A DNA stretch of 64,000 bases from an uncultured Solirubrobacterales bacterium. Its GTDB lineage: Bacteria; Actinomycetota; Thermoleophilia; Solirubrobacterales; 70-9. The translations under genes and the position numbers were made by a program. The notes under the pieces were generated by a model. That model was not told the DNA's origin. It searched no databases and saw only the letters and a program-made list of their open reading frames with translations. The stretch lies in NCBI GenBank assembly GCA_963702705.1, contig CAVPDR010000001.1:100821-164820 (forward strand), read 5' to 3'. Below are positions 34,482 through 43,841 of the stretch, in pieces (position 1 is the stretch's first letter; each line of letters opens with the position of its first letter).

Positions 34482-35447
34482 TCAGAAGCGGTGGGTCCGA
34501 GCCCGCTCGTATCGCTCGAGCGCGAGGGCGATGAGACGGTCGCAGAGAGTCGGATAGTCGAGGCCGCTGGCCGCCCAGAGCTTGGCGTAGACGCTGGTCT
34601 CGGTGAAGCCGGGCATCGTGTTGATCTCGTTGACGAGGACGGTGCCGTCGGGCGCGACGAAGAAGTCGCAGCGGGCGAGGCCGGCGCAGCCGCCCAGCGC
34701 GAAGGCGATAGCGGCGAGGTCGCGGATCGCGGCGAGCTGCTCGTCGGGCAGCTGCGCCGGCACGACCAACTCCATGCCGCCGTCGCGGTACTTGGTCTCA
34801 TAGTCGTACCACTCGGCATTGGCCAGGACTTCGCCCGGCTGGGAGGCCTCGACCTCCTCGTTGCCCAGCAGCGAGCACTCGACCTCGCGGCCTGCGGCAG
34901 CGGCCTCGACGATCACCCGCGGGTCGTGACGGCGAGCCAGGTCGACGGCCGCGTCGAGATCGGCGAGCGACTCGACTTTGCTGATGCCGACGCTGGAGCC
35001 CAGCCGCGAGGGCTTGACCCAGAGCGGCAGCCCCATCGCCTCGCAGCGCCGGCGCCAGCCCGGCTCGCCGGCGGCGACGAAGTCGACCTGCGGGACTCCG
35101 GCCTGGGCGAAGAGCCGCTTCAGCGTCAGCTTGTCCATGCAGACAGCCGAGGAGAGGACGTCGGAGCCGACGTAGGGAAGGTCGAGCCACTCGAACAGGC
35201 CCTGCACGCTGCCGTCCTCGCCGAAGGGGCCGTGCAGAGCGGGGAAGGCGACGTCGGCGTCAAGCAGGCCGCCACCCGGGGTCAACTCGACCGGGGCGCC
35301 GGCATGGCTCCAGGCGCCGTCGCGGGAGATCCCCACCCGCAACACCTCGTGCCCCGCTTCCTCCAGGCCACCCGCAACGGCCTCGCCGGAGCGCAACGAG
35401 ACGTCGTGCTCAGAGGAGCGGCCGCCGCTGAGCACGACGACCCTCAT
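34482..35447 (-). CDS. ddl: D-alanine--D-alanine ligase
   Basis: MRVVVLSGGRSSEHDVSLRSG ... FPALHGPFGEDGSVQG ... EINTMPGFTETS. The ATG overlaps the pknB stop (ATGA). Confidence 0.9.
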   Translation of the reverse strand: MRVVVLSGGRSSEHDVSLRSGEAVAGGLEEAGHEVLRVGISRDGAWSHAGAPVELTPGGGLLDADVAFPALHGPFGEDGSVQGLFEWLDLPYVGSDVLSSAVCMDKLTLKRLFAQAGVPQVDFVAAGEPGWRRRCEAMGLPLWVKPSRLGSSVGISKVESLADLDAAVDLARRHDPRVIVEAAAAGREVECSLLGNEEVEASQPGEVLANAEWYDYETKYRDGGMELVVPAQLPDEQLAAIRDLAAIAFALGGCAGLARCDFFVAPDGTVLVNEINTMPGFTETSVYAKLWAASGLDYPTLCDRLIALALERYERARTHRF

Positions 35448-37315
35448 TCTTCGATGCCGGGTTCCGCTTCAGCCGTGCCGCTCGCCTGCTTGCCGACGAC
35501 GACGGTTACCGTGGACCCCGGTTTCACTTCGGAGGCGGGGGGCGGGAACTGGTCTGTGACGCGGCCGACCTGCGAGGGGACTTCGGTTTCGGCTTCTTTG
35601 ACCGTCGGTTTGAGCCCTTCCGCCCGCAGCGCTTCGACCGCCTCGGCGCGCAGCTTGCCGATCACGTTGGGCACTGTCGCCCTCGCTTCCCCCTTGGAGA
35701 CGACGATCGAGACGGTCGACCCGGCCGGCAGCTGCGAGCCCGCGTTCGGCGTCTGGCGGATTACCTCCCCCGATGGCTTCGCGCTTTCTTCTTCGTCGAC
35801 GCTGGGGACGAAGCCGCGGCCGCGGATCTGCTGCACGGCGACCGAGCGCTGGGTGCCGGCGAGGACGGGCACCGTCGCCAGCTTTGGGCCGCTGGAGATA
35901 GTGAGCAGGACGTCGGTGCCGCGGGTGGCGGTCTCGCCGCCGCCCGGCTTGGAGTGGATCACCAGCCCTTCTTCGACGCCTTCGGAGTGCGCGCTTTCGA
36001 CCTGTGCTTTGAAGCCGGCCGCTTCGAGCTCTTCTTCGGCTTCGGCGGTCGTCATGCCGGCGGTCGAGGGCACCTTGGCGCTGCCCGGCCCGGCGCTGAC
36101 GGTCAGCGTCACCTTCGGCTTCGAGCAGAAGAAGCTGAGGAAGGCACAGTCAAGCGAGGCCTCGTCGGCCGGCGGCGAGGCGGCCGGGTCCTGCTCGAGC
36201 ACGGTGTTGGCCGGCGCTTCGCGCTCGACCCGCTTCACTTCGCCGACGCCGAAGCCGTCCTGCTGCAGCCGGGCGAAGGCGAGGTTGAGCGATTCGCCGG
36301 TGACGCTGGGGACTTGGGTGGTCGTTTCGCGGGTCAGGGCGAAGCCCACCAGTAGTCCGATCAGCACGGCCGTCGCGACCAGGATCCAGAGCAGCCGCCG
36401 GGATTTCTCCTCCTCGCCCTCCTCGATCGGCTCCTCCGGCGTGGCGACGATCGGCGGCAGCGCCGCGAAGGCAGCCGTGCCGCCACCCGTGCCGGGGTCC
36501 TTCATCGCCGCGTCGAGCGCGGCGATGAAGGCGTCGGCGCTCTGGAAGCGATTCCCCGGCTCCTTTTCCAGCGCCCGCATCACCGCCGCGTCGAGCGCCG
36601 GTGAGATCTGCGGGTTGATCGAGCTCGGCCGCTGCGGCACCTGCGAGACCTGTTTCATCGCAATCGCAACGGCGGAGTCCGCCTCGAACGGCACCCGGCC
36701 GGTGAGCGCCTCGTAGAGCATCACCCCGATCGAGTAGAGGTCGGAGACGGCGGTCACCTCGAAGCCCTGGGCCTGCTCGGGCGAGAGGTAGTGCGGCGTG
36801 CCCATCACCGAACCGGCCTGGGTGATCTCCGAGACCCCGGCGCGGGCGATGCCAAAGTCGGTCACCGTCGCCTTGCCGTCGGCGTCGACGATCACGTTCT
36901 GGGGCTTGAGGTCTCGGTGGACGACGCCGTGGCGGTGGGCGAAGCGCGCGCCCTCGAGCACCTGGCGGATCAGGCCGACCGCCTGCTCGGGTCTCAGCCC
37001 GGCGTCGATCAACTGTTTCAGCGTGCGCCCCTCCAGGTACTGCATCGCGATGTAGTAGGTGCCGTCGACGTCGCCGCGGTCGAAGACGGCGACCACGTTG
37101 GGGTGTTGGAGGCCGGCTGCGGCCTCGGCCTCGCGACGGAAGCGCTCGACGAACTCGCCGTCCTGGGCGAAGCGGGCGTGCAGCACCTTGAGCGCAACGC
37201 GGCGCTGCAGGTGGGTGTCGTCGGCGAGCCAGACGTCGGCCATCCCACCCGATCCGATCCGCTGCAGCACCGTGTAGCGCCCATCGACAACACTGCCCTG
37301 ACCGACCTCAGCCAC
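35444..37315 (-). CDS. pknB: Ser/Thr protein kinase PknB with extracellular PASTA repeats
   Basis: Kinase motifs GSGGMADVW, HRDLKPQNVIV and DFGIAR, one TM segment, then repeated PASTA-like units (VPSVTGESL..., VPSTAGMT..., VPVLAGTQ..., VPNVIGKL...). A GTG at 37315 preceded by GGAGGGG is preferred to the ATG at 37354, which lies inside the palindrome. Confidence 0.9.
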   Translation of the reverse strand: MAEVGQGSVVDGRYTVLQRIGSGGMADVWLADDTHLQRRVALKVLHARFAQDGEFVERFRREAEAAAGLQHPNVVAVFDRGDVDGTYYIAMQYLEGRTLKQLIDAGLRPEQAVGLIRQVLEGARFAHRHGVVHRDLKPQNVIVDADGKATVTDFGIARAGVSEITQAGSVMGTPHYLSPEQAQGFEVTAVSDLYSIGVMLYEALTGRVPFEADSAVAIAMKQVSQVPQRPSSINPQISPALDAAVMRALEKEPGNRFQSADAFIAALDAAMKDPGTGGGTAAFAALPPIVATPEEPIEEGEEEKSRRLLWILVATAVLIGLLVGFALTRETTTQVPSVTGESLNLAFARLQQDGFGVGEVKRVEREAPANTVLEQDPAASPPADEASLDCAFLSFFCSKPKVTLTVSAGPGSAKVPSTAGMTTAEAEEELEAAGFKAQVESAHSEGVEEGLVIHSKPGGGETATRGTDVLLTISSGPKLATVPVLAGTQRSVAVQQIRGRGFVPSVDEEESAKPSGEVIRQTPNAGSQLPAGSTVSIVVSKGEARATVPNVIGKLRAEAVEALRAEGLKPTVKEAETEVPSQVGRVTDQFPPPASEVKPGSTVTVVVGKQASGTAEAEPGIEE

Positions 37316-37331
37316 GTCCCCTCCAATCGCA

Positions 37332-37380
37332 GCCGACGGGCCTGAAACGTCCATTATTTGGACGTTTCAGGCCCGTCGGC
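37332..37380. repeat. perfect 22-bp-arm palindrome between pbpA and pknB
   Basis: GCCGACGGGCCTGAAACGTCCA-TTATT-TGGACGTTTCAGGCCCGTCGGC. Confidence 0.95.
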
Positions 37381-37395
37381 GGGTGTTTCATCGTG

Positions 37396-38856
37396 TTATT
37401 CACCGTTGAGGATCGTTTCCGCCACGTCGCGGAAGATCGGGGCGGCGACGTCGTTGCCGAATTCTTCCGTGCACTCGACCGTTGCCGCGATCGCGATCTT
37501 CGGGTCCTCGGCTGGCGCAAAGCCTATGAACCAGGCCTGGTTCTCTTCTTCGCCGCCGCCGCAGGCGTTGTTGCCGGGGGTTTCCGCCGTGCCGGTCTTG
37601 CCGGCGACCTGGACGCCGGGGATCTCGGCGTTGGTGCCGGTCCCTTCCGTGACCACGCCTTCCATCGCGGTGGTCAACTCTTCGGCCGTCTGGGCGCTGA
37701 TCGGCTGACTGTACTGGGAGGGGTCGAGGCGTTTGATCACGCGGCCGTCGGGGTCGACCACGCGGCTCCAGATCTGCGGCTTCATCTCCTTGCCCTTGTT
37801 GGCGACGGCGGCGGCGACCAGCGCCATCTGCAGCGGCGTCACCGCCAGGCGCTCCTGGCCGATCGCCACCCGGGCGAGGTCGACCGGATCGTTGGCCCCC
37901 AGTAGTTCTCCTTCTTCGTTGAAGACGCCGCTCTTGGAGACCTGGTCGGCGGGAAGGTCGATCGCCGGGGTCGAGTTGAAGCCGAAACGTTCCATGTATT
38001 CGAACAGGGTGTCATTGCCCAGGCGCTGACCGAGCTGACCGAACCAGGTGTTGACCGAGTTGGTCAGGGCCGTGTCCAGGGTCGCCGCCGGCCAGCTGAT
38101 GCCGAAGTCGTTTTCGAGCGGCGTCCCTTCGACTTCAAGCGAACCGGGGGCGTCGATCGGCGTTTCCGGCGTGATCGTGCCGCTTTCCAGACCCGCAGCC
38201 GCAGTCACCACCTTGAAGGTCGAGCCCGGTGGGTACTGGCCCTGGGTGGCGCGGTCGAAGAGCGGCCTTTCGATTTCGTTCGTGCTCAGCTTCGAGAATT
38301 CGTAGGGCACGCGGTTGGGATCGTAGGGCGGATTCGAAGCCATCACCCGCACCCGGCCGCTCTGCGGCTCGATCGCGACGACGGCACCGTAGCCGGCTTC
38401 GCGCAGGTCTTCGAGCGCCGTCGCCTGCGCCGCCGGGTCGAGGTTGGTGACGACGTCGTTGCCCTCCTGCTTGGCGCCGCGCAGTTGGTCGAGGATCGAG
38501 CTGAATTCCGATTCGTTGCCGACCAGCTCGTCGTTGTGGAACTGCTCGAACTGGCTGTCTCCGTACCTGACGAAGCTGTAACCGATCGGGTGCCCGTAGA
38601 GCGAGCCTTCGGGATAGCGCCGCACGTAGCGCAGGCCGGCGCCGTGGCCCTTCGGAACCGAGCGGGCGATCACGGTGCCGTCGGCGGCGAGAATGCGGCC
38701 GCGCTTGATCTGTTGCTGCTCGAGCAGGGGCCGCTGATTGGCGTCCTTACCTTTCAGTGTCGAGGCGTCGAAGACCGCCCAGTACGAGGTGAAGCCGACC
38801 AGCACGGCGAAGAGGGCGGCGACGAGGCCGAAGAGCTTGACGATCTGGCGGTTCAA
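37396..38856 (-). CDS. pbpA: penicillin-binding protein A (class B transpeptidase)
   Basis: Membrane anchor plus transpeptidase motifs STFK (PPGSTFKVVTAAA) and KTGTAE. The TTG at 38856 lies 8 nt after GGGGAG and 1 nt after the rodA stop. Confidence 0.85.
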   Translation of the reverse strand: MNRQIVKLFGLVAALFAVLVGFTSYWAVFDASTLKGKDANQRPLLEQQQIKRGRILAADGTVIARSVPKGHGAGLRYVRRYPEGSLYGHPIGYSFVRYGDSQFEQFHNDELVGNESEFSSILDQLRGAKQEGNDVVTNLDPAAQATALEDLREAGYGAVVAIEPQSGRVRVMASNPPYDPNRVPYEFSKLSTNEIERPLFDRATQGQYPPGSTFKVVTAAAGLESGTITPETPIDAPGSLEVEGTPLENDFGISWPAATLDTALTNSVNTWFGQLGQRLGNDTLFEYMERFGFNSTPAIDLPADQVSKSGVFNEEGELLGANDPVDLARVAIGQERLAVTPLQMALVAAAVANKGKEMKPQIWSRVVDPDGRVIKRLDPSQYSQPISAQTAEELTTAMEGVVTEGTGTNAEIPGVQVAGKTGTAETPGNNACGGGEEENQAWFIGFAPAEDPKIAIAATVECTEEFGNDVAAPIFRDVAETILNGE

Positions 38857-38857
38857 C

Positions 38858-40189
38858 TCACGCACTCCCCAGGGCGAGGTCGCCGGAGCGGGCGCCTGCC
38901 CCCGCCTCGCGCCGGGCGCGGTCGGAGACGAGTAGCAGCAGGGCGAGGAGCACGAAGTTGGCGACAATGGAGCTGCCGCCGTAGCTGATGAATGGCAGGG
39001 TGACGCCGGTCAGCGGGATCACCCTGGTGACGCCGCCGATGATGACGAAGGCCTGGATCGAGAAGACCGCGGTGAGGCCGGTCGCCAGCAGCTTCGAGAA
39101 GCCGTCGGCGGCAAGCAGGGCGATCTTGAAGCCGCGAGCGGCGATCAGGAGGTAGATCAGGATCACCCCGCAGGCGCCGAAGAGGCCGAGCTCGTTGACG
39201 ATCAGCGAGTAAATCGTGTCCGTCTGCGCCGCCGGCAGCAGCGCGTTGTCGGTCCCCGGCACCGTGATCAGCGCCTGGGCGAAGCCCTTGCCGAAGAGGC
39301 CGCCGTCGGCCTGGGCGAAGATCGACTGCAGGATCTGGTAGCCGCTCCCCCGGGGGTGCGCATAAGGGTTGAGCCAGATCTCGACCCGGTCGTGGACGTG
39401 GGGCACGGTCGAGGCGAAGAACCAGGCGCCGACGAGGAACATCGCCATCCCGATCGCGACGAAAGAGAAACGCCCGGTCGCCACGTAGAGCAGGGCGAGG
39501 AAGGCGGCGAAGAACATCAGCGAGCTGCCGAGGTCGCGGATGAAGACGAGCATGAACATCGAGGCGCCCCAGACAACCAGCATCGGGCCGAAGTGCTTGA
39601 GCGGCGGCAGCGTCACCCCCAGCACCCTGCGGGCGCCGACGATCAGCACCTCGCGGTGCTCGCGCAGGTAGCTGGCGAGGAAGACGACCAGGCAGATCTT
39701 CGAGAACTCGGCCGGCTGGAAGGCGAGCGGCCCGAGCTTGACCCCGAGGTAGGCGCCGTTGACCTGTTCGCCGATCCCCGGCAGGCGTGGCGCGAGCAAA
39801 AGCAGCAGCCCGACCACTGCGATCGTGTAGCGGTAGCGCTCGAGCACGTCGTAGTCGCGCAGGAACTGGATCGTCAGGGCGAAGAGGACGAGGCCGAGAA
39901 CGAACCAGTTGGCCTGGTCGCGGGCGAGGCTGGCGTCGATCCGGTAGATCATCACCAGGCCGAAGGCCATCAGCAGCGCCGCCAGCGGGAAGAGGTAGGG
40001 GTCCGCGTAGGGCAGGCGGATACGCAGGTAGAGGTGGGTGGCGAGGCAGACGGCGAAGAAGTAGGCACCGTAGATCAGGCTGAGGTTGTCGAGCTGCGAG
40101 CTCTCCTGGGCGAAGACCGCGGTGAAGCCGGCGGTGAGCAGCAGGGCGACCGGGACGAGGGCGAAGAGCTCGCGATTGCGTGCCGACAT
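38858..40189 (-). CDS. rodA: FtsW/RodA/SpoVE family peptidoglycan polymerase
   Basis: Polytopic, with QPAEFSKI ... DLGSSLMFF ... LPFISYGGSS family motifs. Confidence 0.9.
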   Translation of the reverse strand: MSARNRELFALVPVALLLTAGFTAVFAQESSQLDNLSLIYGAYFFAVCLATHLYLRIRLPYADPYLFPLAALLMAFGLVMIYRIDASLARDQANWFVLGLVLFALTIQFLRDYDVLERYRYTIAVVGLLLLLAPRLPGIGEQVNGAYLGVKLGPLAFQPAEFSKICLVVFLASYLREHREVLIVGARRVLGVTLPPLKHFGPMLVVWGASMFMLVFIRDLGSSLMFFAAFLALLYVATGRFSFVAIGMAMFLVGAWFFASTVPHVHDRVEIWLNPYAHPRGSGYQILQSIFAQADGGLFGKGFAQALITVPGTDNALLPAAQTDTIYSLIVNELGLFGACGVILIYLLIAARGFKIALLAADGFSKLLATGLTAVFSIQAFVIIGGVTRVIPLTGVTLPFISYGGSSIVANFVLLALLLLVSDRARREAGAGARSGDLALGSA

Positions 40190-40229
40190 CAAAGTTCCGC
40201 CCGCGTACTCTGCTCCCGCACGGACAGGC

Positions 40230-41453
40230 TCATCGACCCCGGCTGCCTCGTGTCCGTGCTTCCGCGTCCGCCGCGGGCGGGCTTTCGGCGGCTCGTTCGA
40301 TGTCTTCGATCAGGGAGACGGCGTCGTCGCGTGAGCGCAGATCGTGGCCGGTTGCCGCCTCGCGCCGGCGCGCCGGCAGCGACTCGGTCTGAATCGGGCT
40401 CGCGTAGCGCTCCTCGTAGAGGTTGACGCCGAAGGGCAGTTCGTATGGCAGGCCGCGGTAGAGGGCGACGCGGCCGCTGTCGTCGGTGCCGAGGAACCAG
40501 ACCTGGCGGTTGCCGTACCAGGCGGCGACGGCAACCGCCGCGAGCACGACGAGGACCGCGAGGACCTTGGCGGCCGTGCGCAGCCCCCGGCGCGGTTGCT
40601 TCGCGGCGGCCTGCTCGCGGCGCTCGCGGGCGGCATCGGCCGCGGCGCGGCGGCGTACCTCGGTGGTGGTCAGCCCCGCCTCGGCCGCCGTGCTGCCAAT
40701 CAGCGTCGCGTCCTCGTGGCTCTGCTGCGGGGCGGCGGCGTCTTCGAGTCGGAAGGCGAGCGCGGTGATGTTGTCGCGGCCGCCGGCGCGATTGGCTTCG
40801 TCGACCAGCGCCCGCACCGCCGCGTCCATCGAGGTCGCGCCGGCGAGCAGCTTGGCGATCTGCTCCTCGGAGAGCATCGTCGTCAGCCCGTCGGAGCAGA
40901 TCAGGAAGGCGTCGCCGGGGGCGGCGGGCACCGTCTGCACGTCTGGCTCGACCTCGGCTTCGGGACCGAGGGCGCGGGTGATGATCGAGCGCTGCGGGTG
41001 GTCCTCGGCCTGAGCGTCGGTGAGCTGTCCCTTGCGCCGCATCTCCTCGACCAGCGAGTGATCGCGGGTCAGCTGCTCGAGCCGGCCGGCGCGCAGGCGG
41101 TAGGCGCGGCTGTCGCCAACGTGGCCGATCGCGACCTCTTCGGCCTGGGCGTTGACGATTGCCGCGGTCAGCGTCGTCCCCATCCCAGCCCGCGACGGGT
41201 CCTTGCGCGCAAGCTCGTGGATATTGCGATTGGCGGCGACGATCGTCGCCCGCAGCACCTGCTCCGGCGAGCCATCGGGGAGGTCGATGTCGAAGGCGTC
41301 GGCGGCGAGCTTCGAGGCGACCTCGCCCGCCTGGGCACCGCCCATCCCGTCGGCGACGACGAAGATCGGCGCTCGCACGAAGAAGGAGTCCTCGTTGGCG
41401 TTGCGCTGGCGCCCCGTGTCGGAGCGGAAAGCCTGGTCGTCGATCCTCAGCAT
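40230..41453 (-). CDS. pstP: PP2C-type Ser/Thr phosphatase
   Basis: SDTGRQRNANEDSF ... VADGMGGAQAGEVAS ... LICSDGL ... GGRDNITA, plus a C-terminal TM segment. Confidence 0.9.
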   Translation of the reverse strand: MLRIDDQAFRSDTGRQRNANEDSFFVRAPIFVVADGMGGAQAGEVASKLAADAFDIDLPDGSPEQVLRATIVAANRNIHELARKDPSRAGMGTTLTAAIVNAQAEEVAIGHVGDSRAYRLRAGRLEQLTRDHSLVEEMRRKGQLTDAQAEDHPQRSIITRALGPEAEVEPDVQTVPAAPGDAFLICSDGLTTMLSEEQIAKLLAGATSMDAAVRALVDEANRAGGRDNITALAFRLEDAAAPQQSHEDATLIGSTAAEAGLTTTEVRRRAAADAARERREQAAAKQPRRGLRTAAKVLAVLVVLAAVAVAAWYGNRQVWFLGTDDSGRVALYRGLPYELPFGVNLYEERYASPIQTESLPARRREAATGHDLRSRDDAVSLIEDIERAAESPPAADAEARTRGSRGR

Positions 41454-41526
41454 CGCCTACGCGTGCGCCCTCTTGTACGGGATTCGGCGCATGCTCCGCT
41501 CCCGAAGAATCGGATGACGACGGTCG

Positions 41527-42000
41527 CTACGCATGCGCCTCATATCTGAACTCCGTGTCGCCGATCCGCACCACGTCGCCGTCGATCAGCTCAGCCTCCC
41601 CGTTCAGGGTGGCGTCGTTGAGCAGGGTGCCGTTGGTCGAGTTCATGTCCTCCACGTAGCTGTGTCCGTCGCGAGTGAAGATCCTCGCGTGCACGCCGGA
41701 GGCGTAGCGGTCGTCGATCCGCACGTCGGCTTCGGCCGAGCGGCCGATCGAGAGGCCGCCGATCAGGTCGAAGCGCTCGCCGGCGTCGAGGCCGCCGCCG
41801 CGCTCGGCGACCAGCCAGGCATCGGTGGCGCCGGACTGCGGCGCGAAGCCGGGCGCCGCGTGGAAGCCGGTCGCGTCGGGAGCCGGCGAGGCGGTGCGGC
41901 GCAGGTCCTTGAGCGCACCGCGGGCGATCCAGAGCAGGAAAAGGTAGAGGACGGCGAGAAAGCCGAACTTCAGCGCTACCGAGATCGGGTCGTAGTCCAC
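41527..42000 (-). CDS. fhaB: FHA domain protein FhaB/FipA-like
   Basis: N-terminal TM segment, then C-terminal FHA domain GRSAEADVRIDDRYASGVHARI ... DMNSTNGTLLN. Confidence 0.85.
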   Translation of the reverse strand: MDYDPISVALKFGFLAVLYLFLLWIARGALKDLRRTASPAPDATGFHAAPGFAPQSGATDAWLVAERGGGLDAGERFDLIGGLSIGRSAEADVRIDDRYASGVHARIFTRDGHSYVEDMNSTNGTLLNDATLNGEAELIDGDVVRIGDTEFRYEAHA

Positions 42001-42009
42001 GCCGGCGGC

Positions 42010-42783
42010 CTACTGCTCGATGTCGAAGACGAAGATCGTGGTGCCGACCGTGACCTGGTCGCCGGGGCTGAGCCGGGTCGAGGAAACGCGGCGGCCGTTC
42101 ACCTTGACGCCGTTGGTCGAGCCGAGGTCGGCGATCGTCCAGTCGCCGTTCTGCGCGCGCCGCAGCTCGGCGTGGCGGCGGGAGACGTTGGGATCGGCAA
42201 GCACGCACTCGGCCTGCTTCGAGCGGCCGATCGTCGCCCGCGGCCCCTCCAGCACGTAGCGGCGGTCGTCGAGCGAGACCACGGCGCGAGTGACGACCAT
42301 CGCCGCCGCTCGCTGCTCGGGGCCGGCCGGTGGGGCCGGCTTCTCCTTCACCGCCGAGTAGACCATCGTGTGTCCCTCCTCCCCCTGGCGCGGCGCCTCG
42401 CCCTCGTGAACCGGCGGCTTGACCAGCCGCGTCTGGATCCCGAACTCGCCGAGCCGCAGCCTCTCGTCGGTCTTGAACTCGACCGCCGGCCGCGTCAGCA
42501 GATCGTAATTGCGCCGGCGCGCGTGCTCGAGCAGATAGCCGGAGAGCTCCTGCTCGAGCGAGCGCTCGTAGCCCTCCAGCTTCGCGCGGTCCTTGACCGA
42601 GAGGAAGACTGTGTACTCGTTGGGGACGTAGACGCGGGCCACTCCCGCGGTCTTATGGGAATCCATCTCCTTGGCCAGCTTGCGGGCGAGCTCGACCGGC
42701 TGCACCTCGGAGCTGAAGGCGCGGCTGAAGACCCCCTCGACGAGGCCTTCGATCCGACTCTCGAGGTTGCGTAGGACGCTGAT
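42010..42783 (-). CDS. fhaA: FhaA-like protein (DUF3662-type N-domain + FHA domain)
   Basis: FHA domain GRSKQAECVLADPNVSRRHAEL ... DLGSTNGVKVNG. The conserved N-terminus SVLRNLESRIEGLVEGVFSRAF lies upstream of the ORF-track GTG. The only plausibly placed start is ATC at 42783, 6 nt after AAGGAG. Confidence 0.75.
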   Translation of the reverse strand: MSVLRNLESRIEGLVEGVFSRAFSSEVQPVELARKLAKEMDSHKTAGVARVYVPNEYTVFLSVKDRAKLEGYERSLEQELSGYLLEHARRRNYDLLTRPAVEFKTDERLRLGEFGIQTRLVKPPVHEGEAPRQGEEGHTMVYSAVKEKPAPPAGPEQRAAAMVVTRAVVSLDDRRYVLEGPRATIGRSKQAECVLADPNVSRRHAELRRAQNGDWTIADLGSTNGVKVNGRRVSSTRLSPGDQVTVGTTIFVFDIEQ

Positions 42784-42845
42784 CTTTGGCTCCTTTTCGC
42801 GAGCGGGGCGGGGCGCTCGGGGTGGCGGGAAAACCGGCTGGAATC

Positions 42846-43841
42846 CTACGGCAGCAGGACGCCGTGACCGGCGGCGAGCCAGACGCCGAGCACGGCGGCG
42901 GCGGCAACCGCGGCCAGCCGCAGTCGCAGCGAGCGATCGGCGTGCGGAGGATCCTCAGCAAGGCGGTCGAGCGAGCTTTCGATCGCGGCGCCGAGCTCCT
43001 CCAGCGACGGGCGACGATCCGGGCGGGTCTGCAGGCAGGCGTCGATCGCGTCGCTGAGCTCGCGGGGAAGGTCGGGCCGCAGCCGCCGCAACGGTCGCTG
43101 GCGGCTGCCGATCGCTCGCACCGTCGCCGCCGGCGTCGAGCGGCGGGTCGGGTGCTCGCCGCTCCAGCACTCATAGAGCATCAGCGCCAGCGAGTAGACA
43201 TCGGCCTCGGGCCCGGCGGCGCGGCCTTCGGCCTGCTCGGGCGCCATGTAGGCGAGGGTGCCGACGACGTCTCCCGGCGCGGTCAGCGCGGCGGCGTCGG
43301 TTAGACGGGCGACGCCGAAGTCCATCAGCTTGGCCCGCGGCTCGCCGCCCTCGGTGACGAGCACGTTCTGCGGCTTGATGTCGCGGTGGACGACCGAGCG
43401 GCAGTGGGCGTGGTCGAGCGCCTCGCAGAGATCGGCGCCGATCTCGCCGATCTCGCGGTCGCTGAGCGAGCAGGCGCGATTGAGCTGGGCCAGCGTGTCG
43501 CCGTCGACCAGCTCGGTGACGAGCAGGGCGTTGCCGTCCTCCTCGCCCATCTCGTAGAGGGTGACGATGCCGGGATGGTTGAGTCGCGCCGCCGCCTGCG
43601 CCTCGCGCATCACCCGTCCCGAGCTGCTCTCCCCACCGGCTTCGATCGCCTTCACCGCGACCGGACGCTCGAGCCGTCCATCCCAGGCCTCGTAGACCGT
43701 GCCGAAGCCGCCGCTACCGATGCGGCGCTCGATCAAGAAACGGTTGAGGACCAGTGAACCGACCACGGCACTTCTCGACTTCGCCGCGAATCCGCTTCCT
43801 CCTGCGACATACTCCCTGCTCCTTGGAGGATTCTTCCGCAA
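42846..43841 (-). CDS. Ser/Thr protein kinase (short, one C-terminal TM segment)
   Basis: GSGGFGTVYEAWD ... VAVKA ... HRDIKPQNVLV ... DFGVARL ... GTLAYMAPEQ. The start is uncertain. Confidence 0.85.
   Translation of the reverse strand: MRKNPPRSREYVAGGSGFAAKSRSAVVGSLVLNRFLIERRIGSGGFGTVYEAWDGRLERPVAVKAIEAGGESSSGRVMREAQAAARLNHPGIVTLYEMGEEDGNALLVTELVDGDTLAQLNRACSLSDREIGEIGADLCEALDHAHCRSVVHRDIKPQNVLVTEGGEPRAKLMDFGVARLTDAAALTAPGDVVGTLAYMAPEQAEGRAAGPEADVYSLALMLYECWSGEHPTRRSTPAATVRAIGSRQRPLRRLRPDLPRELSDAIDACLQTRPDRRPSLEELGAAIESSLDRLAEDPPHADRSLRLRLAAVAAAAVLGVWLAAGHGVLLP

Noticed and set aside
34418-34819. N-terminal extension of the NACHT ORF (ORF-track start at 34819)
   Set aside because: The extension overlaps the 3' part of ddl out of frame and is Ser/Pro/Ala-rich without motifs. 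The nuclease domain starts just after 34417.
34386-36716. 776-aa plus-strand ORF
   Set aside because: It is antisense to ddl and pknB, both clearly real. It is rich in Ala/Gly/Arg runs only.
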